Shown: in pieces, positions 16,961-26,117 of the stretch
Numbering within the stretch: position 1 is the stretch's first letter
How the letters are laid out: every line of letters begins with the position of its first letter
NCBI GenBank assembly: GCA_002309585.1
Contig: DBXN01000085.1
Location: 312-41,318 of the forward strand
Direction of reading: 5' to 3'
Source: Verrucomicrobia bacterium UBA1211
GTDB lineage: Bacteria; Verrucomicrobiota; Kiritimatiellia; RFP12; UBA1067
Length of the DNA stretch: 41,007 nucleotides
Made by a program: the position numbers and the translations under genes
Notes under the pieces: model-generated
Databases searched by the model: none
What the model was told of the DNA's origin: nothing
What the model saw: the letters and a program-made list of their open reading frames with translations, nothing else

Positions 16961-19450
16961 TTATTCGTCATCCGCGATGGATGCGTCAACCGAATCCTGC
17001 CGGGAGACGTTGTGCGGTGTCAAGTCATCATCATACGTCTGCGGAGATGCCGCCTCACCCTGCGGCTGTTCAGCCGATCCGGAAATCGGCTTTCCATCCT
17101 TATCCGTCTTCGACGCGCCCGACTTCTTGTGACGGCTCGCGCCATACCCGTAACCGTAAGCACCGTAACGGGAGGTGTAACGGTAGGAGTAACGGTAGTG
17201 GTAATCGCTCTGGGAGAACTGGTTACGGCGCCCGAAGTCAACATCGTTGACAATCACGCCGATCACGCGGGCACCCGCCTCAGTCAGCGAACGGGAAGCA
17301 TGCTTAACGGGCTGGAAGCGCGTCCGGTCCGGACAGCACATGATCATGACGGAGTCCACCAACGCGGAGAGCGTCATCACATCGCCGACGATACCGAAAG
17401 GCGGCGAGTCGATGAACACACGGTCATAATGCTCACGCGCCCAATGGAAGAAGTCGACGATCACCTCGCTGCCCATCAGGTTCGCGGGATTCACATTGGA
17501 AGAGGCGCGGGACAGAACCACGTCCAGATTCGGCACACCCGACTGGACCGGGAGGCTGTCAAAGAGTTTGGGATCCGCTTTCGCCAAAATATGCGGCAGA
17601 CTCTGGAACTCGCCCGGTTTCTTCTGGAAGATACGGGCCAGACGCGGACGGCGCATATCAAAGTCCACCAGCAGAGTCTTTTGACCGCTCTGCGCGCAGG
17701 ACTGGGCCAGCGAGCAGGAGGTAACCGTCTTACCTTCACCCGGCTGGGTACTGATGCAGAGAAGGACTTTCGACATCTCGTGGTAACGCGGTGAATCCAA
17801 CAGATTACGGAGACCCGCCACCGCTTCCGCGTACTGCGAGAACTTATCGTCCGACACCAGACGGGCCAACTGTTCACGCTTGGTCCGGCGGACGTGAGGC
17901 ATCACCGACAACACCTTCAAGCGCAGACGCTGCTCGATATCGGAGATACCGACGATCTTATCCTCGAGATGATCCAAAACCAAGACGAAGAAAATACCTA
18001 ACACCATGCCCAGCGCGGGACCGGCGGGGAAAATTACCAACGGGTTGGGCAAAACCGGCTTGGTCGGCTTAAAGGCTTGCTCCACCGGCTTGATGATCGC
18101 CGTATCTTCATCGGCAGCCAATTCCGCTTCGCCTTTACGCTTCAACAGCAACTGATAGCTCTGCTCTTCCACGTGGCGCTCACGCTGCAACTGTTCGATC
18201 TTCAGACTGGTGGCGATCACCTTCTGCTCCAGCTCGGTAAGCTCGGTCAGCAACGCATCCCGTTTAGGGGTCAACAGCGCCAGTTGCCGCTGCAACAGAT
18301 CCAGATTCGCCTTCGCGGTCTCCAGTGAACGGGCGACCACATCCGCGAACTCTTTAGTGTAGACCTCAATCTCTTTCTCCTTCGACTTGACTTCAGGGTG
18401 ATTGGGCGTCAAACGGGCCAACAACGCGTTCATTTCCGCCTTCACCGCCTGCCGTTTCTGGTAAGCGGCGGCGATCTCGGCACCGCGGGGAACCGAGGAG
18501 GGCAGACTGCCGAAGCGGTCGGGATTCCCTTGAATCCCCTCCAACGCATCTTTCACTTCAGCGGATGTCGCGACGGATCCCTCAAGTTCCAACACCTGAG
18601 CGGAAAGCGTCCCCAACGCAGCCTTCTTCAATTCCACCTCACGGCGCATCGTCTCAAGCCGGTTCTCGGTACTGTAGTCGAGCATAGCCTTATCGGCGTT
18701 GTCCAACTGCCGTTTCTGCTGCTCCGCGGTGCTCAACAACCATGCCACAGCGACTTCGGACTCGTTCTTGTTCTGGTCCGACGTAAAGGCGACCGCGACC
18801 TTGGAATAGGCGTTTGCCAGATCCGCAGCCAACTGGGCATCTGTTGAACGGATACTGATGGTAATCAAACGGGACATACGCTGAAGAGTCAGTTCCGCCT
18901 TCACCAACGTGCCGATCAACTGCGAATCCGTCACGGTCGAGCTGGGATTGTCACTCCGATACTGGGTCACGATCTGTTCCAGAACCGCGCGGCTCTTCAG
19001 TCGGGCCAAACGGGTGTTAAACACCTCATTCATGTTTCCAGAAAGATCGGTCTCGATGACGGCCTGCTGGACACCCGTATAGGAAGCGCGCCGCATACGC
19101 ATCTCGATCAAAGCACGCGCTTCGTAGATGACCGGAGAAACCTTGAACACGGCAAAGGAGACCACGAAACCGATGATAATGAAGACAACGATGGTCACCC
19201 AACGCTGAAGACAGACACGGATCATGCGGGCGATCGTGACCTGCCCCATCAACGAATCATCTTCACCGCCCGAAGAACCGCCGTAACTGCCGTAGTAATA
19301 ACCGCTTCCGTAAGGTGAAGAGGAGTAATAGGCGGCCGGTGAGCTTCCGCCATAATACATCGCGCGGGGAGTCTCCCCGTAATACATCGGTCGCCGCTCT
19401 GACGTGCTACCCTCTCCGGTTCCGGAATTCGAGTTCTTATCGCTGCTCAT
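16961..19450 (-). CDS. wzc: Wzc-type polysaccharide co-polymerase / BY-kinase
   Basis: Two TM helices around a coiled-coil periplasmic domain (LTPNHPEV); Walker [11 protein letters not shown]' [16 protein letters not shown]; C-terminal Tyr cluster. Confidence 0.92.
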   Translation of the reverse strand: MSSDKNSNSGTGEGSTSERRPMYYGETPRAMYYGGSSPAAYYSSSPYGSGYYYGSYGGSSGGEDDSLMGQVTIARMIRVCLQRWVTIVVFIIIGFVVSFAVFKVSPVIYEARALIEMRMRRASYTGVQQAVIETDLSGNMNEVFNTRLARLKSRAVLEQIVTQYRSDNPSSTVTDSQLIGTLVKAELTLQRMSRLITISIRSTDAQLAADLANAYSKVAVAFTSDQNKNESEVAVAWLLSTAEQQKRQLDNADKAMLDYSTENRLETMRREVELKKAALGTLSAQVLELEGSVATSAEVKDALEGIQGNPDRFGSLPSSVPRGAEIAAAYQKRQAVKAEMNALLARLTPNHPEVKSKEKEIEVYTKEFADVVARSLETAKANLDLLQRQLALLTPKRDALLTELTELEQKVIATSLKIEQLQRERHVEEQSYQLLLKRKGEAELAADEDTAIIKPVEQAFKPTKPVLPNPLVIFPAGPALGMVLGIFFVLVLDHLEDKIVGISDIEQRLRLKVLSVMPHVRRTKREQLARLVSDDKFSQYAEAVAGLRNLLDSPRYHEMSKVLLCISTQPGEGKTVTSCSLAQSCAQSGQKTLLVDFDMRRPRLARIFQKKPGEFQSLPHILAKADPKLFDSLPVQSGVPNLDVVLSRASSNVNPANLMGSEVIVDFFHWAREHYDRVFIDSPPFGIVGDVMTLSALVDSVMIMCCPDRTRFQPVKHASRSLTEAGARVIGVIVNDVDFGRRNQFSQSDYHYRYSYRYTSRYGAYGYGYGASRHKKSGASKTDKDGKPISGSAEQPQGEAASPQTYDDDLTPHNVSRQDSVDASIADDE

Positions 19451-19487
19451 TCTGGATTCCCTTCTCTCTTATAAAAGATTCAACCCC

Positions 19488-20948
19488 TTAACGGGAACGT
19501 CCGGCACTCTTCCCTCGTTTGGCGGAAGGCAGAAAAGCCGGCAATTCAGCCAACACAAACGCCAATGAAATCAATACAGCGGGAAAACGGAGAGGACTGC
19601 CGAATCCACCTGCCACACCCAGCAAACACACACCGAACACCCCGGCCGTCACCACCGGAGAAACGGGATCGGCCCTCTCCTTAGACGGACCGTGCGTATG
19701 ATTCGCAACTGCTCGCTTCGCCTCTTGATCAAGAATCATCCGCTCACGCTGATGGACAAACAACGGCATCAACAAGACCACCAGCATCGCCAACGCCAAG
19801 GTGACACCCAGCACACCTCCCTCAGCCAGCAGCTGAAGATAGTCATTCAACACAAATGGCTTCTCCTGTTTGAACGCTTTCCATTCAGCATCACGCTTCA
19901 CGAAGAAACCCACAAACTCCCCATACCCTTCAACGCCAACGCCACACCAGGCGTGGTCCATGAAAACGGAAATCGCCGCTTTCGCGCGTTGCGGACGTGT
20001 AGCGGTATACGTAGCGACATAGGTGTCAAAGGATTTGAGCGTTTCGATTTTGCGCGTAACTGGATTTGTACGGAATACGTAAAACAATGAACCTGCGATC
20101 GCCCCAATGAGAATAATTCCGACCACGATATGCTTTAACACCTGCCCCATCGCGATTGACCAACGCAATGAGACCAGTGAGACAATCAGCACGATCAAAA
20201 ACAGAATCGAACTGATCGCCATCACCATCGGCTCCGCATAAATCAACATCCCGAAGAAATTACAAAAACCGCCCACCACATAGGACCAGAGGCCGGTCTC
20301 TTTCTTATGGGCGGCGTCATCGGCAAACAGACCTATTCCGATCAACGACCAAAACGCGAAATTCAAACCTGCGGCATGAACCACCTGGGAATTGAAAAAG
20401 GCCGCCGTATCCGCTTCCGGCACCTGAAGGGCATAGATCGACCCGGCGATCGCGCAAACCCCAGAAAAACAGGCGGTCAGACGCAACGCCACCCGTTTCG
20501 CACTCGCGCCCAACACATTACGGACAACGAGGACAACGGAAAACACCGCCAGAAGAACGGAAAACCAGTAGACTGCGCTCGCTGGACGGACCGCAAAGGG
20601 CAACCAGGGCTGGGGCGGATCTCCCATCTTCCAGATGTCCGCATCTGGAAGATACTCAAGAGAACATCCCCCATTAAGCGCCTGAATCAACAGAAGACAT
20701 CCAACAATGATGCCGATGTAAAACAAGGGATCCCAGATCAGCGACCCGGCGACCCTTTTCCGAGCATCCTGGAAATCTTCTCCACTCCGTACGGAGGGCA
20801 TCCAGAACGAGCATTCGAGCAGCATCAGAGACAACCAAATATACGGCAAACCCCTCGGTGACCCGGTCAAAAAAGAAATAAAGGCCAACAGGCAGATCAA
20901 CGCCACATGGAAGGCCACACCGTATTTTGAGAGAACTGTCTGAAGCAT
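19488..20948 (-). CDS. Wzy polymerase / O-antigen-ligase-like polytopic membrane protein
   Basis: About 12 hydrophobic segments; WCGVGVEGY and NDYLQLLAEGGVLG motifs; lies within the EPS export operon. Confidence 0.7.
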   Translation of the reverse strand: MLQTVLSKYGVAFHVALICLLAFISFLTGSPRGLPYIWLSLMLLECSFWMPSVRSGEDFQDARKRVAGSLIWDPLFYIGIIVGCLLLIQALNGGCSLEYLPDADIWKMGDPPQPWLPFAVRPASAVYWFSVLLAVFSVVLVVRNVLGASAKRVALRLTACFSGVCAIAGSIYALQVPEADTAAFFNSQVVHAAGLNFAFWSLIGIGLFADDAAHKKETGLWSYVVGGFCNFFGMLIYAEPMVMAISSILFLIVLIVSLVSLRWSIAMGQVLKHIVVGIILIGAIAGSLFYVFRTNPVTRKIETLKSFDTYVATYTATRPQRAKAAISVFMDHAWCGVGVEGYGEFVGFFVKRDAEWKAFKQEKPFVLNDYLQLLAEGGVLGVTLALAMLVVLLMPLFVHQRERMILDQEAKRAVANHTHGPSKERADPVSPVVTAGVFGVCLLGVAGGFGSPLRFPAVLISLAFVLAELPAFLPSAKRGKSAGRSR

Positions 20949-20967
20949 ACCCGCTCTTAACCAAGAA

Positions 20968-21000
20968 GCCGCCTAAACACGCTCATCACGCGTAGGCGGC
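20968..21000 (-). terminator. Intergenic hairpin (terminator or mRNA stabiliser) between the OM barrel and wzy-like genes
   Basis: GCCGCCTA/TAGGCGGC outer stem with an inner ACGC/GCGT stem; followed by TTCTT on the minus strand. Confidence 0.45.
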
Positions 21001-21037
21001 TCGCTTAACAAGTCATCACGATCAACGTACCGGCGAC

Positions 21038-22252
21038 TTAATAGTACAACTTCAAGCCGGCGTGAACGCAGTACCGATCAAATTCATACTCGCTCCGGTC
21101 CGCCCAGCGATTGTTATACTCGATCGCCCCGTAGATGTCAGCATTGACCACACTGTTGCGCAGCAACTGATAGTTAACACGGAACCGACCCGAAACCGTG
21201 TCCTCGCGATCAGCATTATACCGACCGGTGTTGTACTGATCCTCTTCGCGGCGGTAGGCCAGATCGAAGTGGGTAGAGACCCGGCGCACCGGACGATAGG
21301 TCAAACCGGCGGAAAGCGTGTACACTTCCGACGCCTGATTCATCTGACGCTCACTCGGCTGGTAGTAGTTGGATCCCCTCACCGAGAGGGCCAACTGCTT
21401 GGTGATCACCCAGTTGCCGCTCAGGCTGTAGGTCCATCCGTTGCAGCTGTCGGAATTGGCGTAATCAAAGAACATCGCACCCGCCATCGCGCGGTAGGTG
21501 ATCCGTTCCGTGGCGCGGGAACCAATACCACCCATGACCGTGTAACCGGTGCTCCGGTTGTTCACGCCGCGGGTAGCACCATCACTCCGATAGGCCTGCA
21601 TGCCACCGGCCAACAGGAAGTTGGTCTTCGCGGTCAGCTTACGGGACAACTCGATCTCGCCCGACCACTCATCCCAACCGTACAGCGGGACATACTTGTT
21701 GCCGTTCCGCTTGTAATCCAAATCCGTGTACATCGCACCGATCTTGATTCCCGTATACTCGCTCAGCTCATACGAGAAGGCACCGGAGAACTCCAGCTGC
21801 TCGCTGTCACGGTAGATGCCGCGGCCGCCGTCCACAAGCGAGTCATCCTCTTGCTTCCGGACATAGCTCTCACCGAAAACCAGCTTCCACGTCTCGGAAT
21901 CGGAGTCAAACCAGATCTTCGCCTTCTCCCCGTAGCGCTCGGAATTCAACTCGTCATAGGTTTTGTACCAACGATAGGAGTAGAAGCCATTGGCATCAAG
22001 GCCCCAGTTGTTGCCGGTGTAATCCAAATCAACGCCCGGGTTCACCATGAACGATGAATCAGCTTTCTCGGCCTTGTCGGAATCAACGTTCGAGTTGTAC
22101 CGATAGGTCAAGTTCACATACGGCTTGATCGCCAACCCGTTATAACGGAAACCATGATGCTCCGCATCAGACTCCGCCATCGCCCCATTCGAAAGGCAGC
22201 AGGCCGCCACCGCAAAGAGCAACGCACGTTTCTCTATCTTCAGATCGCTCAT
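21038..22252 (-). CDS. Outer-membrane beta-barrel of polysaccharide export loci
   Basis: Signal peptide, IKPYVNLTYRYNSNV start motif, alternating amphipathic strands, aromatic C-terminus (AGLKLYY); near wza and wzc. Confidence 0.85.
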   Translation of the reverse strand: MSDLKIEKRALLFAVAACCLSNGAMAESDAEHHGFRYNGLAIKPYVNLTYRYNSNVDSDKAEKADSSFMVNPGVDLDYTGNNWGLDANGFYSYRWYKTYDELNSERYGEKAKIWFDSDSETWKLVFGESYVRKQEDDSLVDGGRGIYRDSEQLEFSGAFSYELSEYTGIKIGAMYTDLDYKRNGNKYVPLYGWDEWSGEIELSRKLTAKTNFLLAGGMQAYRSDGATRGVNNRSTGYTVMGGIGSRATERITYRAMAGAMFFDYANSDSCNGWTYSLSGNWVITKQLALSVRGSNYYQPSERQMNQASEVYTLSAGLTYRPVRRVSTHFDLAYRREEDQYNTGRYNADREDTVSGRFRVNYQLLRNSVVNADIYGAIEYNNRWADRSEYEFDRYCVHAGLKLYY

Positions 22253-22300
22253 AATCCTTTTCCTTAATTGTGTCCAACCCACTTACTGACTCGAGAACAA

Positions 22301-23377
22301 CTACTCGCCCCGGCGGCCGCCGCCGTGCTTACGGCGAACGGAAAACTGCCGCATAAACATCACGTCCGAATCGTCACCCGAAGAGATGAAGATGGGGCTA
22401 AGCACGCTCAGGCCCTGATTCTGGTATCCACCCGGATAGTAGTAGCCGCCACCCGAACCGTCGCCCTGACCGGAGATACGAGGAATACGGTCAAGACCCG
22501 TATCAACGGCCTGCCACGGCAACGTCGGATCATCGTCCAACATCACACTGCCGAACTGGAGATTCGAGGAGGGAATCGTCACCTTCTCGGAGCCACTCGC
22601 ATCGGCAACGCTCTTCTGAGCGCCGATATCCGCCAACAGGGCATCGAGATTACCGTGACCCAACTCGGTCGCAAGCGTGGTGTGCCCGCGGTCCATGCCC
22701 TCCACCGGAGCGACTTCCTCGCCGGCGGCGGCCACGACGTCGGTGTAATTCTGGCTGGCCAACACCCCGGGAACGAGATCGGCGGCAACCTTCTGGCTGT
22801 GCTTGTCGGGAAGCGCGGCGATCAGCTTGTCCTTCATCGCGTTCGGATCCTTCGCCCCGCGGAGGAACGCCAACGTGACAAACGTATCGCGGACCGCAGG
22901 CTCATCCGTCTTCGCGTTCCGCTTCGAAGCCACCTCGATCGCCTTGTTCGCGAGCGTCTCGTAAGCCGAATCGGAAAGGTTGTTACGCTTCAGGCTCGAA
23001 GCCAGCTGCTCCGTCACGGCAGGCAGATAGCTCACGGGAACCGTCGCGAAAACCTCAGCGATCAGATCCAGCTTCTGGGCGCCGGCATCGACATCGAGAC
23101 AGGCAGACATCGCCTGCACGAAGGCGTTGGACTTCTCCTCGGGTGTGACCGGCAGCGCGTTGACGGCCTTCAGCACCTTCTGCGTGAACTCAACGCGATC
23201 CTCCGCCGGAACCTGGCTCATCGTCTCTTTCAAGACGGAGACATTCGAAGCGGACTCACTGACCTTCTGCAACCATTGGCTACGGGACAACGTCGCCCCC
23301 TCAGCCAATACCGATGCGCACGTCAGAAGACCCAACGCGACAAAGATTAACCCTTTCTTCATTGATACTGCCTTCAT
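22301..23377 (-). CDS. Uncharacterised secreted Ala-rich helical protein
   Basis: GAGGAG RBS, signal peptide ending ASVLA, amphipathic helical body, low-complexity C-terminus GGGYYYPGGYQNQ. Confidence 0.75.
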   Translation of the reverse strand: MKAVSMKKGLIFVALGLLTCASVLAEGATLSRSQWLQKVSESASNVSVLKETMSQVPAEDRVEFTQKVLKAVNALPVTPEEKSNAFVQAMSACLDVDAGAQKLDLIAEVFATVPVSYLPAVTEQLASSLKRNNLSDSAYETLANKAIEVASKRNAKTDEPAVRDTFVTLAFLRGAKDPNAMKDKLIAALPDKHSQKVAADLVPGVLASQNYTDVVAAAGEEVAPVEGMDRGHTTLATELGHGNLDALLADIGAQKSVADASGSEKVTIPSSNLQFGSVMLDDDPTLPWQAVDTGLDRIPRISGQGDGSGGGYYYPGGYQNQGLSVLSPIFISSGDDSDVMFMRQFSVRRKHGGGRRGE

Positions 23378-23450
23378 GTTTTTCTCCTCGTACTTTACGT
23401 AAACCAACACTCCTAAGAACCTGTATCCGAATCCCCGCTTGGCGGGCTTC

Positions 23451-24110
23451 CTAGTACCACGATTGCGGAACCCAGATCACATCCCCCGCACGAACGGGGA
23501 TATCCAAATCCAACCGACCCTCACGGCCGATCTTCACGACATCGACAACAAACCGTTTCAACTTCCCGTCCGCTTCCCGGCGCCACACGCGAACCTTGTG
23601 CTTATCCCCCATCGCCGTCGCGTTGCCGGCCAGCGCCAGTGCCCGCGTCACCGTCAGATCCCGTGTCGGCGGCACATTCACCGGTCCCTGCTTGGAGACC
23701 TCACCCATCAGCAGAACCGTCCCCCACGGGGACTTCATCCCCGCATTCGCCGTATAGATGAACCGGACCGAAACCTGAGGATCGATGTAATACGCCTTCA
23801 GCGCTTCCTGCAACTTTTCTTGAAACTCAATCAGCGTCAGACCCTCGCACTTCATCGCACCGACCAGCGGCAACAGGACCTCGCCGTTCTGGTTCACCTC
23901 TTTTTGGACCTCTTGGGCGGCGGAAGCGCCGGACGCCGCCACACCGATCCCGAGCGTCAATCCAGGCTGGATACGCGGCTCCCCGTCAGGAACATAAACG
24001 GTCTTGACCGCCATCTCACCTTCAATGTCATCCTGCGGATCAAAGATATGGCAACCGGAAATCACCAGCGCCAGACCCAAAAAACACGCAGTTCTGAAAA
24101 AAACACTCAT
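23451..24110 (-). CDS. wza: Short OPX/Wza polysaccharide export lipoprotein
   Basis: LVISG-C lipobox, PES motif (VNQNGEVLLPLVGAMKCEGLT...YYIDPQVSV), one SLBB domain (GEVSKQG...ALALAG), ends GDVIWVPQSWY. Confidence 0.88.
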   Translation of the reverse strand: MSVFFRTACFLGLALVISGCHIFDPQDDIEGEMAVKTVYVPDGEPRIQPGLTLGIGVAASGASAAQEVQKEVNQNGEVLLPLVGAMKCEGLTLIEFQEKLQEALKAYYIDPQVSVRFIYTANAGMKSPWGTVLLMGEVSKQGPVNVPPTRDLTVTRALALAGNATAMGDKHKVRVWRREADGKLKRFVVDVVKIGREGRLDLDIPVRAGDVIWVPQSWY

Positions 24111-24236
24111 TCGGAAACTTCCTAACCTTGACGCAAATCAATCCGAGTCCTTGCATCAATCGTTCAATAGGGTACACCAACCGGGGCCATACGGTCAAGG
24201 GCGAATAACAGATATTTTGAAAAAAGTTGGATACCC

Positions 24237-24701
24237 TCAATCATCCCCAATCCACTCCTTCCCGGAAACAAAATGCCCGCCGGGTTGTCGAAGCCACGTT
24301 TCCAACGCCTCACAGAACGGTGCAGGCTCCAAATGCGCCTCGCGCAAGCGGCCAATCGGCCACCAGAAAAACTCAATCCAATCCTCCCGGGAGACCGGTA
24401 CCTGCGCGGGATCGGCATCCGGAACGTCAAGCCCGAACACCAGATTGATCTCCGCATGCGGCCGGCCTTTCTGTATAAAGGAATGTTCGCAACATCCCAG
24501 AAAAGCCCCCGCACGGGAGGAAAGGCCCATCTCCTCGCGGATCTCCCGCTCCAACGCATACCGCGCCGTCTCGCGGAATTCAACATGCCCGCCCGGAAGA
24601 TAGCAGATCGTGGCCGTCCGCGATTTGCAGAGCAAAATCTGCCCCGCCTTCACGCAAACGCCTCTCGCCAAGACCTCTACACCTGTTTCCTCATCCATCA
24701 T
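24237..24701 (-). CDS. NUDIX hydrolase
   Basis: Nudix box GGHVEFRETARYALEREIREEMG. Confidence 0.88.
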   Translation of the reverse strand: MMDEETGVEVLARGVCVKAGQILLCKSRTATICYLPGGHVEFRETARYALEREIREEMGLSSRAGAFLGCCEHSFIQKGRPHAEINLVFGLDVPDADPAQVPVSREDWIEFFWWPIGRLREAHLEPAPFCEALETWLRQPGGHFVSGKEWIGDD

Positions 24702-25019
24702 CGCCGGTCCATCCCGTTCACACCGAAAACATTCGATTAATAGGAAAGAGTATACACGAAATCGGCCTGAAATTGCAAATCCATTACAGCGCCGAACAGA
24801 ACTCTTGCGGAAACGATCCCTTTCAAACCGACCTTTCCCCGTTCGAACAACCATAACTCCTTGACCGGACGAGAGTTACGCGAAAAATACCGCTTTGAAA
24901 CCGATTCGACTCACGCCTTTTGCCGCGTAACTGAACGTCGGGGACACGCGACTCCAGGCACGCCCTTCGGCAACCGGTAACCGTTTCCCACCATCTTTTC
25001 ACCCTTTCACCTTTTATTT

Positions 25020-25060
25020 TTAGTCCCCGCTCCCGCGATTCGTGCGGAAGCGGGGACTAA
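25020..25060. repeat. Long intergenic inverted repeat
   Basis: TTAGTCCCCGCT...AGCGGGGACTAA perfect 12-bp arms, extended inward by CCGC/GCGG. Confidence 0.8.
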
Positions 25061-25068
25061 CCAATTCT

Positions 25069-25097
25069 TTGCATCAATCGGGTTCCTATGTTATGAT
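25069..25097 (+). promoter_or_regulatory. sigma70 promoter with extended -10 for mrp
   Basis: TTGCAT-17 nt-TATGAT with TGn before the -10. Confidence 0.65.
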
Positions 25098-25131
25098 GAA
25101 TCCCGTCTTTTTATTGAAAGGGTGTGAATCC

Positions 25132-26019
25132 ATGTCAAATGTTGAGAAAAAACCGGGCGCGTGCGACAAAACCGCTTGCGGCGCCTGTTCCCATGCCGCC
25201 ACTTGTCCGTCTGCGCATGGCGGTGTCCCCGCGGCCGATCCGAATGCGAAACTCAAATCCCGGCTGGGGCGGATCCGCCGAAAGATCATCGTCATGTCCG
25301 GCAAAGGAGGTGTCGGGAAAAGTACCGTGGCGGTGAACCTGGCGATGGCGGCGATGCTGTCGGGCCAGCGGGTCGGCCTGCTGGACGTCGATCTGCACGG
25401 ACCGAGCGTCCCGACGATGTTAGGGCTGGAGGGCCAGAAGTTGGTCGGCGACGACAGCGGATTCTACCCCGTAACCGTTGGCGGCCTGAGTGTTCTGTCG
25501 GTCGGCTTCCTGTTGAAAAACCCGGATGACCCCGTTGTCTGGCGCGGCCCGGTGAAGATCGGCGTAATCCGCCAGTTCATCGAGGATGTGAATTGGGGCG
25601 ATCTGGACCTACTGGTGATCGATGTCCCGCCCGGAACCGGCGACGAACCGCTGACCGTCTGCCAGCTGATCCCGGATCTCGACGGCGCGGTGATCGTGAC
25701 GACCCCTCAGAAGGTGGCTGCGGTCGATGTCCGCAAATCGGTCTCTTTCTGTAAAGACCTGAATGTGCCGGTCTTAGGAGTTGTCGAGAACATGAGCGGG
25801 TTCGCCTGCCCGAAATGCGGCGAGATCACCCCCATCCTTCGGGAAGGGGGAGGCAAAAAACTCGCTGATGACATGCATGTCCCGTTCCTCGGCTCCATTC
25901 CGATCGACCCGATGATCGCGACATCCGGAGACGAAGGCCGGGCGTTTGTCGAGGACTCCGGACGCTCGCCTGCGGCGGGCTGTTTCCGGGAGATTCTCCA
26001 CAACCTCTATCAGGGTTAA
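25132..26019 (+). CDS. mrp: Mrp/ApbC/NBP35 Fe-S cluster carrier ATPase
   Basis: N-terminal four-Cys cluster (CDKTACGACSHAATC), SGKGGVGKST, DVDLHGPS, WRGP, PPGTGD, ENMSGFACPKC. Confidence 0.95.
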   Translation: MSNVEKKPGACDKTACGACSHAATCPSAHGGVPAADPNAKLKSRLGRIRRKIIVMSGKGGVGKSTVAVNLAMAAMLSGQRVGLLDVDLHGPSVPTMLGLEGQKLVGDDSGFYPVTVGGLSVLSVGFLLKNPDDPVVWRGPVKIGVIRQFIEDVNWGDLDLLVIDVPPGTGDEPLTVCQLIPDLDGAVIVTTPQKVAAVDVRKSVSFCKDLNVPVLGVVENMSGFACPKCGEITPILREGGGKKLADDMHVPFLGSIPIDPMIATSGDEGRAFVEDSGRSPAAGCFREILHNLYQG

Positions 26020-26117
26020 CATCCCTCCCGCGCCATCTGCCTGAACGAAAATCCGCCTACGGCGGATGGCGCGGGCACCCCAATCCCCCTTTCCACCCCA
26101 ATAAAGGAAATCGCAAC

